NCBI GenBank assembly: GCA_016748015.1
Contig: JAAOMT010000703.1
Location: forward strand, 434,001 to 498,000
Origin: Geosiphon pyriformis uo1
Taxonomy: Eukaryota; Fungi; Glomeromycota
Direction of reading: 5' to 3'
DNA length: 64,000 bases
Shown: positions 11,803 through 24,542 of the stretch, piece by piece
Layout of the letters: every line of letters starts with the position of its first letter
How positions within the stretch are numbered: position 1 is the first letter of the stretch
Notes under the pieces: model-generated
Seen by the model: only the letters and a program-made list of their open reading frames with translations
Told to the model about the DNA's origin: nothing
Databases searched by the model: none
Made by a program: the position numbers and the translations under genes

Positions 11803-14123
11803 ATGTCTAATCATAATAAAGTTGACTTATCCCCACTTGAACACAGCCCGAGACCTGTTCTCAAAAGTAAATCCATTAGCATGCCAACGCAGTCGGCTCT
11901 TCCTTCCGTTAAGTTAGAAAAGGAAGAGCAACCAAGCGATAGAGATCAACCTTTAGATCAACCAACAATACTAGCAACAACAGAAGATGTTTTACCAACA
12001 AATACCTTAGGAACACAACAGCACTTACAAACTCAAAATTCACAACTGGAACAACAGCAACCAAAGACACCTTCTGCTGCAAAAAAGCTAGTCAACAAAT
12101 TAACTACCTTCACTCCGAATCGTACGAAAAATAAAGGTACTGATAGAAAACTGATTGTAGAACCTGCCTATTGTAATAGGAACAGTAGTGGTACTGGCAA
12201 GAAAGATTCTCAGCAGGTTAGTAACTCTTAATAGTTATAAAAGTTTAACTGATTTGGGTTCATGGGCAAAATTAGTGTTATTTTTGGAGGTTGAAATATG
12301 ATTAATGGGGTTTTATACACAACAATCATGTATGCACACGTGCAATGACTTTTATAACTTAAAATCGATCTTTAAAATATTAATTAAGAACTTCCCTTCT
12401 TTGATTTGTTATGATTTCGGAGTTAGGATGAACTTTTAAAGAAGGTTGGGAACCTTTTTGAATTTTAATTATTATTCTCATTCTTATTATCTGGAAAAAA
12501 TTGAGGCGGAATCGTTACGTGAGAATGTTATCCCGTCACCTTGAAATAAATCAGAATAAAAGTTCGTTCTAATGATCTATGTATTTAATGAATATTATTC
12601 TGGTATTATAACATCATTTTTAGTCTGATGTGCGTCCTGTTAAATCGATTGATTCTTTGGCAAAGCCAAAAAAGAAAAAGCGTTCCCCCAACATCACGGA
12701 AGGTGGGTATTTGATCTTCTTTTATTGTTTTTTATTTAAATTAGGCTAATTGTGATTAAAAAAAAGAAGTACCTTTGATCATTTCTCCTTTTCTACATTC
12801 AAATTTAATTTAATTCACGATCAAATAAAAAAAGGGATGTCTCGAGCTGAAATTTTTGCCGCAAATGTTGCTAGCGCTGTAGATGCTGCCGAAGGTTAGT
12901 TATTCTTATTATTTCAGTTTTTATTATTTTTATTATTATTAATTTTGGATTTCAACTAAACCATATGTTATGAGACTAATTACAAAAATTCAACCAAAAT
13001 TTGCTGCTATTTGGATAATGCAAATGCTCCAACTCTGGCCATTATATTTTGTTCAATAAAATTATCCTTTCTTCAAAATGCTGATACCATCAGCGGAGTT
13101 AGACGAAGACGAAGATTTTATATATAATAGAGATAGGGGCCACACACGCACTCCTTCATTGACTAGTCTGAATAGTGTCAATCAACCGACATCTGCACAA
13201 TTATCATATCCACACATGCCACCCGAACATATGTACGGATATCCGGGGAATCAATATCAATTTCCTGCCAATTTATATTCAGCGATGCCAAATCCGCGTC
13301 GTGTTCCTTTTCATACTATCTCGAATTACCATAGACCTCCATTTTATGGTAATTACCCTCAATTCTACAATGGAGGTAACACTTCTGGCTCAGAGACAGA
13401 TGATGCATCGATTCAACCTAATCAAAAGGGCTCATCATCGCCCACTCTGCTTCCTCATCACAAACCTACTGGTGTAATGCGAGCCTCGTTACCGGATATG
13501 TCGCAATATTCTAAAGGCTACCCGAATTATGGAACCACTAGTTACTATTACAACGATCCATTTTACCACGATTGGTATAGTGGTGATGATGAAAGACTTC
13601 CGTTATTTGCAAAATGGAGACCACCTTATGAGGATAGAAGAAGGTGTGAAGAAATTTCAAGTTTCAATGTTTTTTCAACCCCAATTCTTTTTTCCTTATA
13701 TTTTTTATTATTGCACAAAATTTTTAGACCTTGTTGTACATCCACTATATTCTCTTTAACCACATTCCTCGTCTTTTCAATTGTTGCTTTCTGCTACTAA
13801 AGAATCCTGGTGGCAAAGGAGATAAAGAGGCGCAAGACAAGTGGTACATATTAATTTTATCTTGAACATCCTAATAAATGGGATTTTTTTTAACAAATAT
13901 TTCTTTTCAGGTCATATTTGTTACAAAAAGGATATCAGTTAACTGTACGAGGATCTTGCGCTATTCTTAACCTTTCTCCAAAAATCAATTCGTTGGTGTC
14001 TGTTTTGTTCGACGAATTGAGGGTTCGGATGGTGTTGCCAAAAGTGGTGGAGATGATTCGGATGCAGGAAGCGAGGAATTTGGTGCGTTATCTAAAAACA
14101 TTGTCATCCGAAGTTTAATTTAG
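11803..14123 (+). pseudogene. VAC7: VAC7-like vacuolar segregation gene, truncated or disrupted in its luminal domain
   Basis: Exons at about 11803-12216, 12624-12702, 12835-12894, 13094-13643 and 13728-13800 give SRAEIFAANVASAVDAAE..EDEDFIY and GDDERLPL plus a TM helix, which I recognise as Vac7-like. Stop at 13798-13800. Out-of-frame remnants LKNPGG..DKWSYLLQKGYQLTVRG and ILRYS*PFS follow. Confidence 0.65.
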
Positions 14124-14643
14124 GTGCCTATGGTGAGGATTGGGATGAGGGAGACGATAGTGCCAGCAATTTGTGGTAGAACATTTTAGGAGTCTTGGTC
14201 TATCATGGAATCTAGGTTCCAGTTTTTTTGTAAAGGTACTCTTATTGTTACATGATATTCGCGTAACAAAATTTTGGTTATTTGGAATAAACGTCATCTC
14301 ACGTTTTTTGAGATGAAAATCTTATTCTTTTATTGCAATAAAAATTACAAGGTATTTCTTAATTCAATTTTTGCATTACCAAAGTTTTACAATCCGTTCA
14401 ATCCGGCAAGATGATAAATAACCTATCTACTTGAATAACGAGATACAATTTACATTGATTCTTAAACTATTTACAAATATCACAATTTTGCACAAAATTT
14501 AACACTGGAAGGGAATCCAGAAATCTATAGTATTAGCCCCTTACTATATAGTAATTTTAAATTATTTTTCACCCGCCAGATGGGCAAAAACTCGCAGAAT
14601 TCAAAATCTATCATAATGTAGGCTTCAAAAGAAAGGAGGCCAG

Positions 14644-16000
14644 CTACCCACTTTTCGGAGATTCGAAAGGTTCCACTCCTGATTGAACTTCATTAATTAT
14701 TAGTCGAGCAAGCTCGACCGTTTTCTTTAACGCCTAAAAATAAGTTTGCATTTAATAAATGAAAACAAAAAAACCAGCACTCGATTGAAACTAATTGTAA
14801 TTTTCAATGTGTATTTACCTTTTTCATCCGAATCTTGACAAGTTTTTTCATCATTTCCTCGTTTTCATGTCGCAATTTCTCAAATTCGCGTTCCATAAGG
14901 TATCTTGTTTTTTCAGCCACTATGCGATTGATCTGTTTACGCTGCAATTCGGATATCTCGACCGAAAATTTTTGATCAGCTTTTGTACTTAAAAATCTTT
15001 CAAGTCGGCTTTGAAAGTCCATCATGACCGCCCTCATGTTTGGTGATCTTTCAGCTACAAGTTTCATAGTGATGGCGATCACCAAAATCAAAAAAGTGCT
15101 CAGCAGAATCTTTTTGTTCATTTTAACCAGGACAGTGTAAGGGAACAAAAGAAGTGAAATGAATAGATAGTAAATAAGATAAAGGCCACGGAATAATACA
15201 CGCTGGAGAGACTTCATAAATGAAATTTTAGGATTGCATGTGGCAGGTGAAGCAAATTTGAATTCCTCTACGTTTCTAGATGTGGAAGAAGGATTAGATG
15301 TAAAAGGAGAAGTGATATTGGAATTTTCTACATCTCTAGAAGATGCAGATAAAGAACTATAGATGGAAGTGAATTTGGGTTCTGCTGAGACTCTGGATGC
15401 AGTATTATACGTATAAGGTGAAGCGAAGTTGATTTCTATGATTCTTTGAGGTGTTGTGCTTCCGCTGATGGTTGGTGTGCTTATGGTAGAGCTTAAATTG
15501 GAAATCAGATTAAGTTCTCCTTGGCGGCTGGATGCGTTACTAGAAACGTGGTTTAAAGTGGATCCATGATCACCATTATCATTGATGTCGGTAAGGTGGT
15601 TCATCAGGTCTCCCTCTGAAGGAAAATAGGGGGAGTAAGAAATAGTAGTTTCTTCCTCTTTTTTCAATTGTGGTCCAGGGATTATTGGCGAGTGGAAATC
15701 AAAATCTTGCGGCTCAGATTTAGCTTGAATGAGTCCACTTCGCCAAAACCTAAGCTCCAAATCTTCCTCTTCTTTGACTTGAGGCATAAGAATTTGGGAA
15801 CTATCAAGCCGTTCACCCAAGTTTGAAGCCACGGAATTGCTTCTGTCATTTCGTCTCGTTCCTGGGCTTTTGTAATGGCGGGTTTGGCTATAGTTTATTG
15901 GCGTCCTTTCACGCAGCTCGTATCTGTGCATAGGTGAACTTTGAGCTTGCGAACTAACCACGGGTTGATTACGGCGCGGCATAAAGCGGGAAATAGTCAT
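14644..16000 (-). CDS. Unknown protein with Ser/Pro-rich N-terminus, two hydrophobic helices and a short coiled coil
   Basis: 398-codon ORF, with a probable GT-AG intron at 14734-14818 and a terminal exon at 14644-14733 (ALKKTVELARL..SG*). Confidence 0.75.
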
Positions 16001-16048
16001 CCAAATTGCTCTAATTTTTTGATGATTAATTAAATAAAAAAGTTTCTA

Positions 16049-17210
16049 TACGTGACCAGCCACCAGAGCCGATCAAGACCATACTATATTATAAAAAACC
16101 AATTAAAATAAAAAATTGTTTTATATATGATAATTATCTTAATAGACTACTATTGTATTAAAATCAAAATTTTTATTACTTAAAAAAATATTTATTATTG
16201 TTATTAAAATATCTATATTATTATCAATTTGTATTATTATTGTTTATTATATTCTTAAAAGCTTTAATATAATTAACAAATAAAAAAACTTTCTTTTATT
16301 AATTCTTAAATTATAAAAAGAATAAAAAATAATTAAAAAAACATCTTAATATATTTTTTATCCAGTATTTTTTTTAAGCTATTTTTTTTAATAAACTCTT
16401 ATTTATAAAATTAAATTTGTAAATATTTTAAATATATAAATATTTATATAAATTAGAAAATAATTTTTAAAAACTTTTTGTTATATCTTTAAAATAATTA
16501 TAAAAAAAACTTTTTTTAGTTTAATAAATAAAAAAAAATTAATAATTTTAATAATTTTGTGTATATATTAAGCCAAATTATTGTTTAAAACAATTACAAT
16601 TTTAAATTTTATGTTATTGGTTTCTAATTTAGAAATAAAAATTACAATTTATTGAATTTATTTTCTAATATGGTTTAGTCTTATATTTTAACTTAGTTTT
16701 TAATAATATAAATACCAAATTACAAGATTTATTATATTAATAAATAATATTTAATTGTTTAACAAAATTATTTTTTTTTTTATATTGTATATAACAATTT
16801 TTTAAATAGTTATTAATAATAAAAAGTATTTAAATTTAAAGCCAAACTAAGTGCCAGATTTTAAAATATTTTTAAACAAAAAATTAACAAATAAATTAAT
16901 TATATCAATATTTATAACTTGTTTTTTCATTTTTTATTAATATAACCAAAGTTAATAGTTAAAAAAAACCAATTTTTTGGTATTTAAATAAGTTTTTATA
17001 TTTACTTTATTTGTATTTATATTATTAATAAAAAAGTTTGCCAGTTTTATAGTTATTAGAAAAAAATTATTAATAAAATAATAGTAAATAAAATAAAAAA
17101 GACAAAAAAACAAAAAAATATTTCAGCTGTTTTTTTTTGGCTTTTATTATGTTTAAAAAATTAATAAAAAAAAAAGTTTTTAAACTTTCTTAAATTTAAA
17201 AACATAAAAA
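16049..17210 (-). mobile_element. Extremely AT-rich non-LTR relic with a preserved 3' tail motif
   Basis: cgtgaccagccaccagagccgatcaagaccatacta at 16051 matches the tails at 24510 and 48300. The body is almost free of G/C. The region near 17120-17152 weakly resembles the start of the ORF1-only element. Confidence 0.5.
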
Positions 17211-17221
17211 TAAAAAAATTA

Positions 17222-19225
17222 TTTTTTTTATTAATATCTTAATAAATAAAGTTCAACTACTATCTAGTACATAGAACTAAACTAAGTGGCATAAACTAAA
17301 TATGACTTATATATTTACTACATGTAACTAGCCACTTAAATTAGACAAAACAATATTACATATCTATATAAATTCTTATATTATTATCTAAACCAAAAAA
17401 AACAAACATGGTTTGTATTTATTAAAGCTTATTACAAAAAATTTAATTATTTTGAAAAGATAAACTACACTATTTGACAAACTAACTACCAAGCCAATAG
17501 TCAAATCAGATACTATATTACTATCATTTATTAAATCTGTCTCTTTTATATCTGTCTTAAACTTGAACTTAACAAGCCAAATAATTAAATAATAATTTAT
17601 TATTAGTTGTTTTATAAATACAATTATGATTGCCAAAGCTTTTTTTTTGTCTTCAAAAACCACAATAGTTTTTAAACACCATTTTCTTAACACAAACCTC
17701 TTGCAAATTGTAATATATAAATTTATATTAACTAAATACCTAGAAAAAGTTTTTAATGCAGCAAAAGAAAAAAAGATGCAAACACTTATAAAAAAAACCC
17801 AAATTTTAGAAAGCTCTATTAGTATTTTTCTACAAATGGCAATATTTTTAAGACAAATAAAAACATGATTTGGAAATTTCACTTTACTATACAACAAACA
17901 CAATACTCTAAAATACCTTCTGTTATATAATCTTTTTCTAACAGTTATAAGCAAATATCTATGTACAGTCTTTATCAAATATGTGCACAAATTGGCAGAT
18001 CTTTTGCTTATAAAACCAGACAGCATATGCAAATTAAGATATTATATTTTTATAATAAACAGCTAATCTATTTTTTAAATTAACTTACTTGGTACTACAT
18101 AACAACCAAAATTGTTTTTCCATTGGACATAATAAACAGATCTATACAAATTATAAATAAAGTAATAAAAATTGCCAAAAACAGCTGTATTCTCTGCTAT
18201 AATAAATTACTTATACATTTTACTTAGTAGAAACAATAAAAAGTATACAGTTTTATTTACTATCTAATTTGTTTTGATATTGTCTAAGATATCTGAATTG
18301 TTTTTAATTTTAACCCAATCAATTTAAAAATTTTTATCTTTTATTAAATTAACAATATGTTTTTTTTTCATTCAATAGCAATTACAAAAGTCAGACACAA
18401 TAGACCTAATTTTAAATTTACATATATTAATAGCAATCTAACTGTTCAGATATAGTACAATTATACAAAAAAACAGAATACACTTTAAAAACAAAGTAAT
18501 AGTCTATAATTCAGCCATTATAGATTACAAAAAACCATGTACTTTGATCCTAACTTTTATATCTACTGCTGGAAAATACACAGCAACTTTACAAATAATT
18601 TTAGTAAAACTTATATCTTTTAATAATTTATCTATATATATTTTGATAGTATTTAACCAAACTTTAAGCAAATATTTATGAATATCAAAAAACTCAACAG
18701 ATTTCAGAATGCTTGAATCATAAAATCTACTAACTTTATTGGAATCAATTAACAAAAATTAGTTATTATGCAAAAACTTTAAAGCTAATTTAAAGTAAAG
18801 TGGTATAAAACTTTTAAAATCTAACTTTTTTTAATAATAAAACATCTTTCAATCTATCATATTGTCTTCTTTGTCTAAAAGTTTATTACTAAATACCACC
18901 CCAAATTTTCTCAAAAAATACATTAAATTATAGTATAAAAACTTTACCAAAATATCTGACATCAAAAACTTTTTAAAACTACAAAATATATTAAATAAAT
19001 TGTTATCTAAAAACATACTATTAACCAAAAATTTTTTACAATTCCAGCCAAAAAATTATTAATAGAACTAATATACAACTTAATAGAGCAGCAGAAAAGA
19101 TTCAAAAAGATTTAATTCAGAATCTGCAAATATAAATGTCTGTAATCAAACAAATACACAAAAATATTTAAAGCATTAATAAAGATTACTATTAATGCCA
19201 ATTTATTTTTAGTTTGTATTTGCTT
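17222..19225 (-). mobile_element. Decayed LINE 3' part (RNase H, C-terminus, 3' tail)
   Basis: Colinear by eye with 24430-26430. ORF 17388-18032 retains LIKTVHRYLLITVRKRLYNRRY..CLLY. Tail motif near 17320. Confidence 0.8.
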
Positions 19226-19229
19226 AAAA

Positions 19230-22200
19230 AATTTCAAATTATATTATATAATTTTATCCTGAAGTATTATTTTCTTTTAAAATAACTAGGCTGTTTCTAG
19301 TCAACAAGTTTTTAATATCTATTTTTTTCTTTTGAAAAAAGTTCTTTTTATTTTACTATTATTGATTGAATTTTTGGTGATTTATTTTCAAAAAACTTTT
19401 GTATTTTTTTATTTCTTTTCAGAATATCAACCTAACTAGTTCTTAATTTTTGTAATAAATTAAGCAAAATTTGTATTTATTATTAAGAAAATACAATAGT
19501 TTATTGTATTAATACTGGGCACAAAAATTATGCTACTAATAATTGTATTTGGCTTTTTTATTAGACTTTCTGTTAAATATTTTTCTAAAGATATTATAAT
19601 ATGATTAGTAGATTATTTTATTATTTATAATAATTTTTTTTTTGTCAGTTTTGATATTATTTAGTGGTTTTTTATTATTGGTAAAGATATTATAGGTAAA
19701 TTTAACAATTTTTTCTTGCTCTTTTTTATTTTTTTTTATTACTTTTTTCATTATCTAATTTATCTAATTGTTTTTTTTTTGGTTTTGTTTGGATACTAGA
19801 AGAATTGTCTAATAATAATACTTAACTATAATAAATTTTTTATTATATCTAATAATTAGTTTACAAAATTCATAATTAAGTAAGAATTTTGCTTTCTTAA
19901 GCCATTTATTGCCAACAATTATGGTGTACTTTTTTGTTTCAAAAACTTTTATGTCAGTTTTAATACTAATATTATTAATGTAAACAGAAACAGAGTTGGT
20001 TATATTAAGATCTTTTTTTTTGTTATCATGTATATTAGTTATTAGTTAAGTAAAAAATTCATTAATTTTTTACTAATGACTTCTAAAAAGTGTTTGGCAA
20101 TAATTCTAACAGATAATTTACTGTTTAAAATCAAATTAATAAAATAATTAGCCACTTGGGCTTTGCAAATCAGAAGAATAATATTACTATTATTAATGAA
20201 CTTAACTTAACAACAATATTTGTTGGTCTTTAGTATTTTTTTTTGAAATTAAAAATTTGTGAAGATTTTTCTGAACCATAGATGGGTTATTAATTAGCCA
20301 AAAATAATATGTGCTAAGGTTTTCATAAAATTTTTAACAATAGAATAAAATTTAAATTTTTGTACAATTTTTAAAGATTTTAACTTTAGAAAATTCTTGA
20401 ATATTTTAGTTTTTAGTAATTTATTGTTATTAATAATTGATATAAAAACTTTGTTAAAATCTAAAACAAAATCAATCTTGGCTTTCTTTTTTTTTTTGTT
20501 GAATCAAAAAGATTAATAGCCAGTTTATTTATGTTATAATTATTATTAGTTAAGTTAAAAGTATAAAAAAAAATTTTTTCTGGTTGGCTTGTATTTTTAT
20601 TTTTTGAAAATACATCTACTAGTTTAAAGACCAATAAACAATAATTTTAACTAAAAAATTCTCTTCAAAGAAATTAATATTAGCATGATTAGGTTTTTAA
20701 TTAAGAATATTATTGTTAATGATTCTATTGTTTTAAGTATTATTGTTTTTAGGAACTAAAGAGAACAATAAAAGATTGTTATAATTTTTTAAAAAATATC
20801 TAGTTAATTTATAATAATAACATACAAGTGAGTTATAATTTTGTTGTTTTTGATAAAAAAGCTGTTAAAGCTAATTAAAATAGGGTTCAAATTTGGGTCT
20901 TTGGGATTGCTAAGTTTTTTTGACTGTTTGTGCTAAAGATTTTAGTAATCAAACAAAATTGGCTATAAGTCTATCTATTAATTATTCATTAGAATTTTGA
21001 GTTTGGACAGCAAAAAAAGTAGTAACTATTTAAAAAACAGAAGCCAGAATAAAAGCAAAAGCAAAAACTAAAAATGTAAATTTCAAATGCATTCTTTGGT
21101 TGTTTTTAATTTTCTGTGGCAATTTAATAATTATATCTATTGTGAAATTATCTTTCAAAGCCAAGAGGGACCAAAAACATAAGATAAGTTAATTCTCAAT
21201 TTTTTTATAAAAAAGTAAATTTTTTGTTCTTCTGTTTAGTTTTTTTTAGAGTTTACTTATTTAATAAGCTTTTTAATTGCTTTGACATATTTAATTACAA
21301 CTTTACTAATACTTTGAGTTTTTTTTTTAATTCTATATGTCATTTGAAAATTAAGATAGATATTTTGATAAAAAAATCTTTTTTTTTTAGTATTTGTTAG
21401 TATCTATCTAATAATTTTTTGGTAAGCACTAGTATTGATTTCTTGTAAGAACCAAATAACAAAAAAATTTTAAAGATAGCCATCAATAATTTAAAACTTG
21501 TATTCAGTATTATATTAGTTGACTATAACTGCTCTTTCAAAATCATCTAACTATTTAATTAGATTTTAAGCATTATTTTTAAATAATAATAATAAAGTGT
21601 TGTTTTTTTACTCTAAAGCAGTTTGTATATCTTAGAAGATGGCCAAAGTGTTTGTTTGTATGGAATTAACAGTTATTGGTTCAGGAGTAGCTGTTTGTGT
21701 AGAATAATCTGATTTACTTAAAAAAACATTAAAAACAGAAGCAATTTGATAGCTTTTTTTTTCTGTTTCAAAAAAAGTTTCAGTTAACTAATAGACAACA
21801 ATTCAAATATGAATTTAATAGTTTAGATATTCGAAATCAAAAAACTATTGTTCAAAAGTTATAGAGTATAAGAATTAATTGATATTATTCTTTCTTTTTT
21901 TAAAAAAATTTTCAAAGTAAGCTTAATCAAAAAAATAAGTTGTGTATACTGTTTTGGTTAAATACTAGTTTAAAAACCAGTTTCAAAAATTTTGGAATTG
22001 TCTACTAAATTATTTTTTAACAAAAAAGCAAATCAAACAGAAGAACAAAAAATTGAGTTTAATAAAATCTAAGTCATTTTTGTTGTGTGTTGTAAAATGT
22101 TCTTCTAATTGTTGTAACAGATAAAAATAATTATTTATATAATAAAAAACAAGTAAAATTTAACAATCTTACAAGGAGTATTACTTTTATATTATAAATT

Positions 22201-22400
22201 GAAGTAATAAACTAATAAATAGCAAAAAAAAACAATATTATAAAATAATAGAAATAATCAAAGAGAATTTTACAATAAAAAAATAAATTGAATATATATA
22301 AATTTAATATATGTAATTAGTCTTATAAAAATTACAATTATTAATTTTTCTGAAAATTTGAAGATAAAAAAATAGTTTATAATTGTTAACAAAATAATAC
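19230..22400 (-). mobile_element. Heavily decayed Ty3/Gypsy gag(-protease) relic
   Basis: Minus-strand stop-riddled peptides LDDFERAVIVN*YNTEYKF*IIDGYL and LSYVFWSLLALKDN resemble a retrotransposon gag. The ends are not resolved. Confidence 0.5.
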
Positions 22401-22479
22401 TGTTGCTATTATTTTATGTCTTAATTTGGCAAATTTTAAAATCAATAATAGATATTATTACGCTTTTTAATAATTAATA

Positions 22480-24420
22480 AAAATTATAAGTTTCAATCAT
22501 AATACTATTATGTAAAATTAAACCACTTTTTTCTATAAAAACTTAGTACTTAAAACAAACAAACCAAATATTATTCTTATAAGCTAATTTAAAACTATAA
22601 ACAAAGTTTATAATCTTATGATTAGCAAGTTTAGTATTCTTAAAAACTGAAAAAAATTTATAAAACCAGTTTTTAAAAACAAATTTTTTACATAAAACAA
22701 AATACATAACAATATTAAAAAAGCACAAAAAGAATAATTAAAATATATACAATAATAATTTATACAAACTAGATAATACTTTTTAAATAATTATATAGAT
22801 ATTTAGTAGTTTTTTACAAGTCTTAACATCTATTCTACAAAAAAAAATATGATTCAAAAATTTAACTTTTCTATAATACAGACATAAAATACTATAATAA
22901 TACTTATTATATAAATGTTTACAAATAGCCATTAATAGTCTATAATACAATGTTTTTATAAAATAAAAACATGTTTCAATTGTAATCTTGTTTATGAAAC
23001 CAATTATTATGTAATAATTAGAATATTAAATCAGTAATAATTAAACTTAATTCATATTTTTAAGCAAATTATTATTTAAAACTTTAATATTAGATCTAAT
23101 CTTTTAATAAACATAATAAATTGTCTGAAAAACTTTATAGACAAAATGGTTTGTATTTTTAAAACCAATTTTACTGCTAGTTTTAATAAATTATTTTTGT
23201 ATATAAGCTAAAAGTATCATATTCAAGAATAAAATAGCTTTAGCCAAAATAATAACTTTCTTATTGTCTAAAATACAAAATAATTTTTAATTTTATACTA
23301 ATTAACACTCAAATTTTTTTTCTTAATAATATTTACAATATGTTATTGTTCAATCTAACAACAATTATAAAAATCTGATAAAATAAAAACAAATTTTAAA
23401 TTGTATACATTTAAAACATCTTAGCTATTAAAAATTATTTCAACTATATAAAAAAAATACACTTTAGAACCAGTACAATAATTTGTAATTTAGTTATTAT
23501 AAAAAAAATCAATTCAAATTTAAATTTTTAAAAAAAGCCACAACATTAATTTTTACATTAATAATACTTATATTGCTTAAAAAATTATTAGTAAAAATAG
23601 AAAAACAGATTATACCAACAAAAAAAACATTTTTATTATTAAAAAAAATTTAAAAGATATAATTTTTGTATAATTTAATTCTACTTTAATTTTTATTAAA
23701 AAAAATAAGATTGTAAATAAAAATTAAATCTATTGTTTATTGTTTTTTGTTAATACTTGAAATTTAGAATTAAATTCAATAATTTTGTTTTTTTTTATTT
23801 AACCTACCAAAAAGATTCTAAATTAAGTATGATTTATGTTTTTTTATATATAACCAGTTATTTGAACCAATTAAGATAATACTATATATCTATAACAACA
23901 AAAGTACTTATATATTCATAAAATTCAAAATTAACAAGACATATTAAGCAAAACTTATTATATAAATAATATCTTTTATATTAACTAGAACCAACTTATA
24001 AATCTTAACCAAAATTAACTTATTACTTACAATTAGATCTTTTTTATATTTAGTTCTAAGTTTAAAATTTAATAATTAAATGTTTGATTTATGAATATAA
24101 TCATATTATAAACAAAATTTACAATGTTTAGGCTGGTTATAACAGTATTATTAAACATTAAAAGTAATTTTGAAAATCAATTTTTTAATATAAAATTCTT
24201 AATAACAGTTATATAATTATAACTATTAATAATAACAATATATAAAGACCAAAAAATTATCAATTAAGTTAATTTATATATTAAAATACTTATTAATAAT
24301 TAGTTTTTTAACAATAAAATTGATAATATATAAAAAAATATAATTAAAATTTTTTAATAAACTATAATAAATAAAGTTTATACTTAAATAACCAAAATTA
24401 TAAAGTTTTTTTTATATATT
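22480..24420 (-). mobile_element. Decayed LINE relic(s)
   Basis: ORF 22543-22728 (LCKKFVFKNWFYKFFSVFKN) is homologous to the LINE C-terminus at 24543-24986. The distal part is unassignable. Confidence 0.6.
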
Positions 24421-24542
24421 ATTTCATTTAATAAGTGAAATCCAAACACTACCTAGTACAATACATCATTAAATGATCTAAACTAGGCGTAAATCATGCC
24501 TTTTTTACATGTGACCAGCCACTCAGACCAGTCAAAACAACA

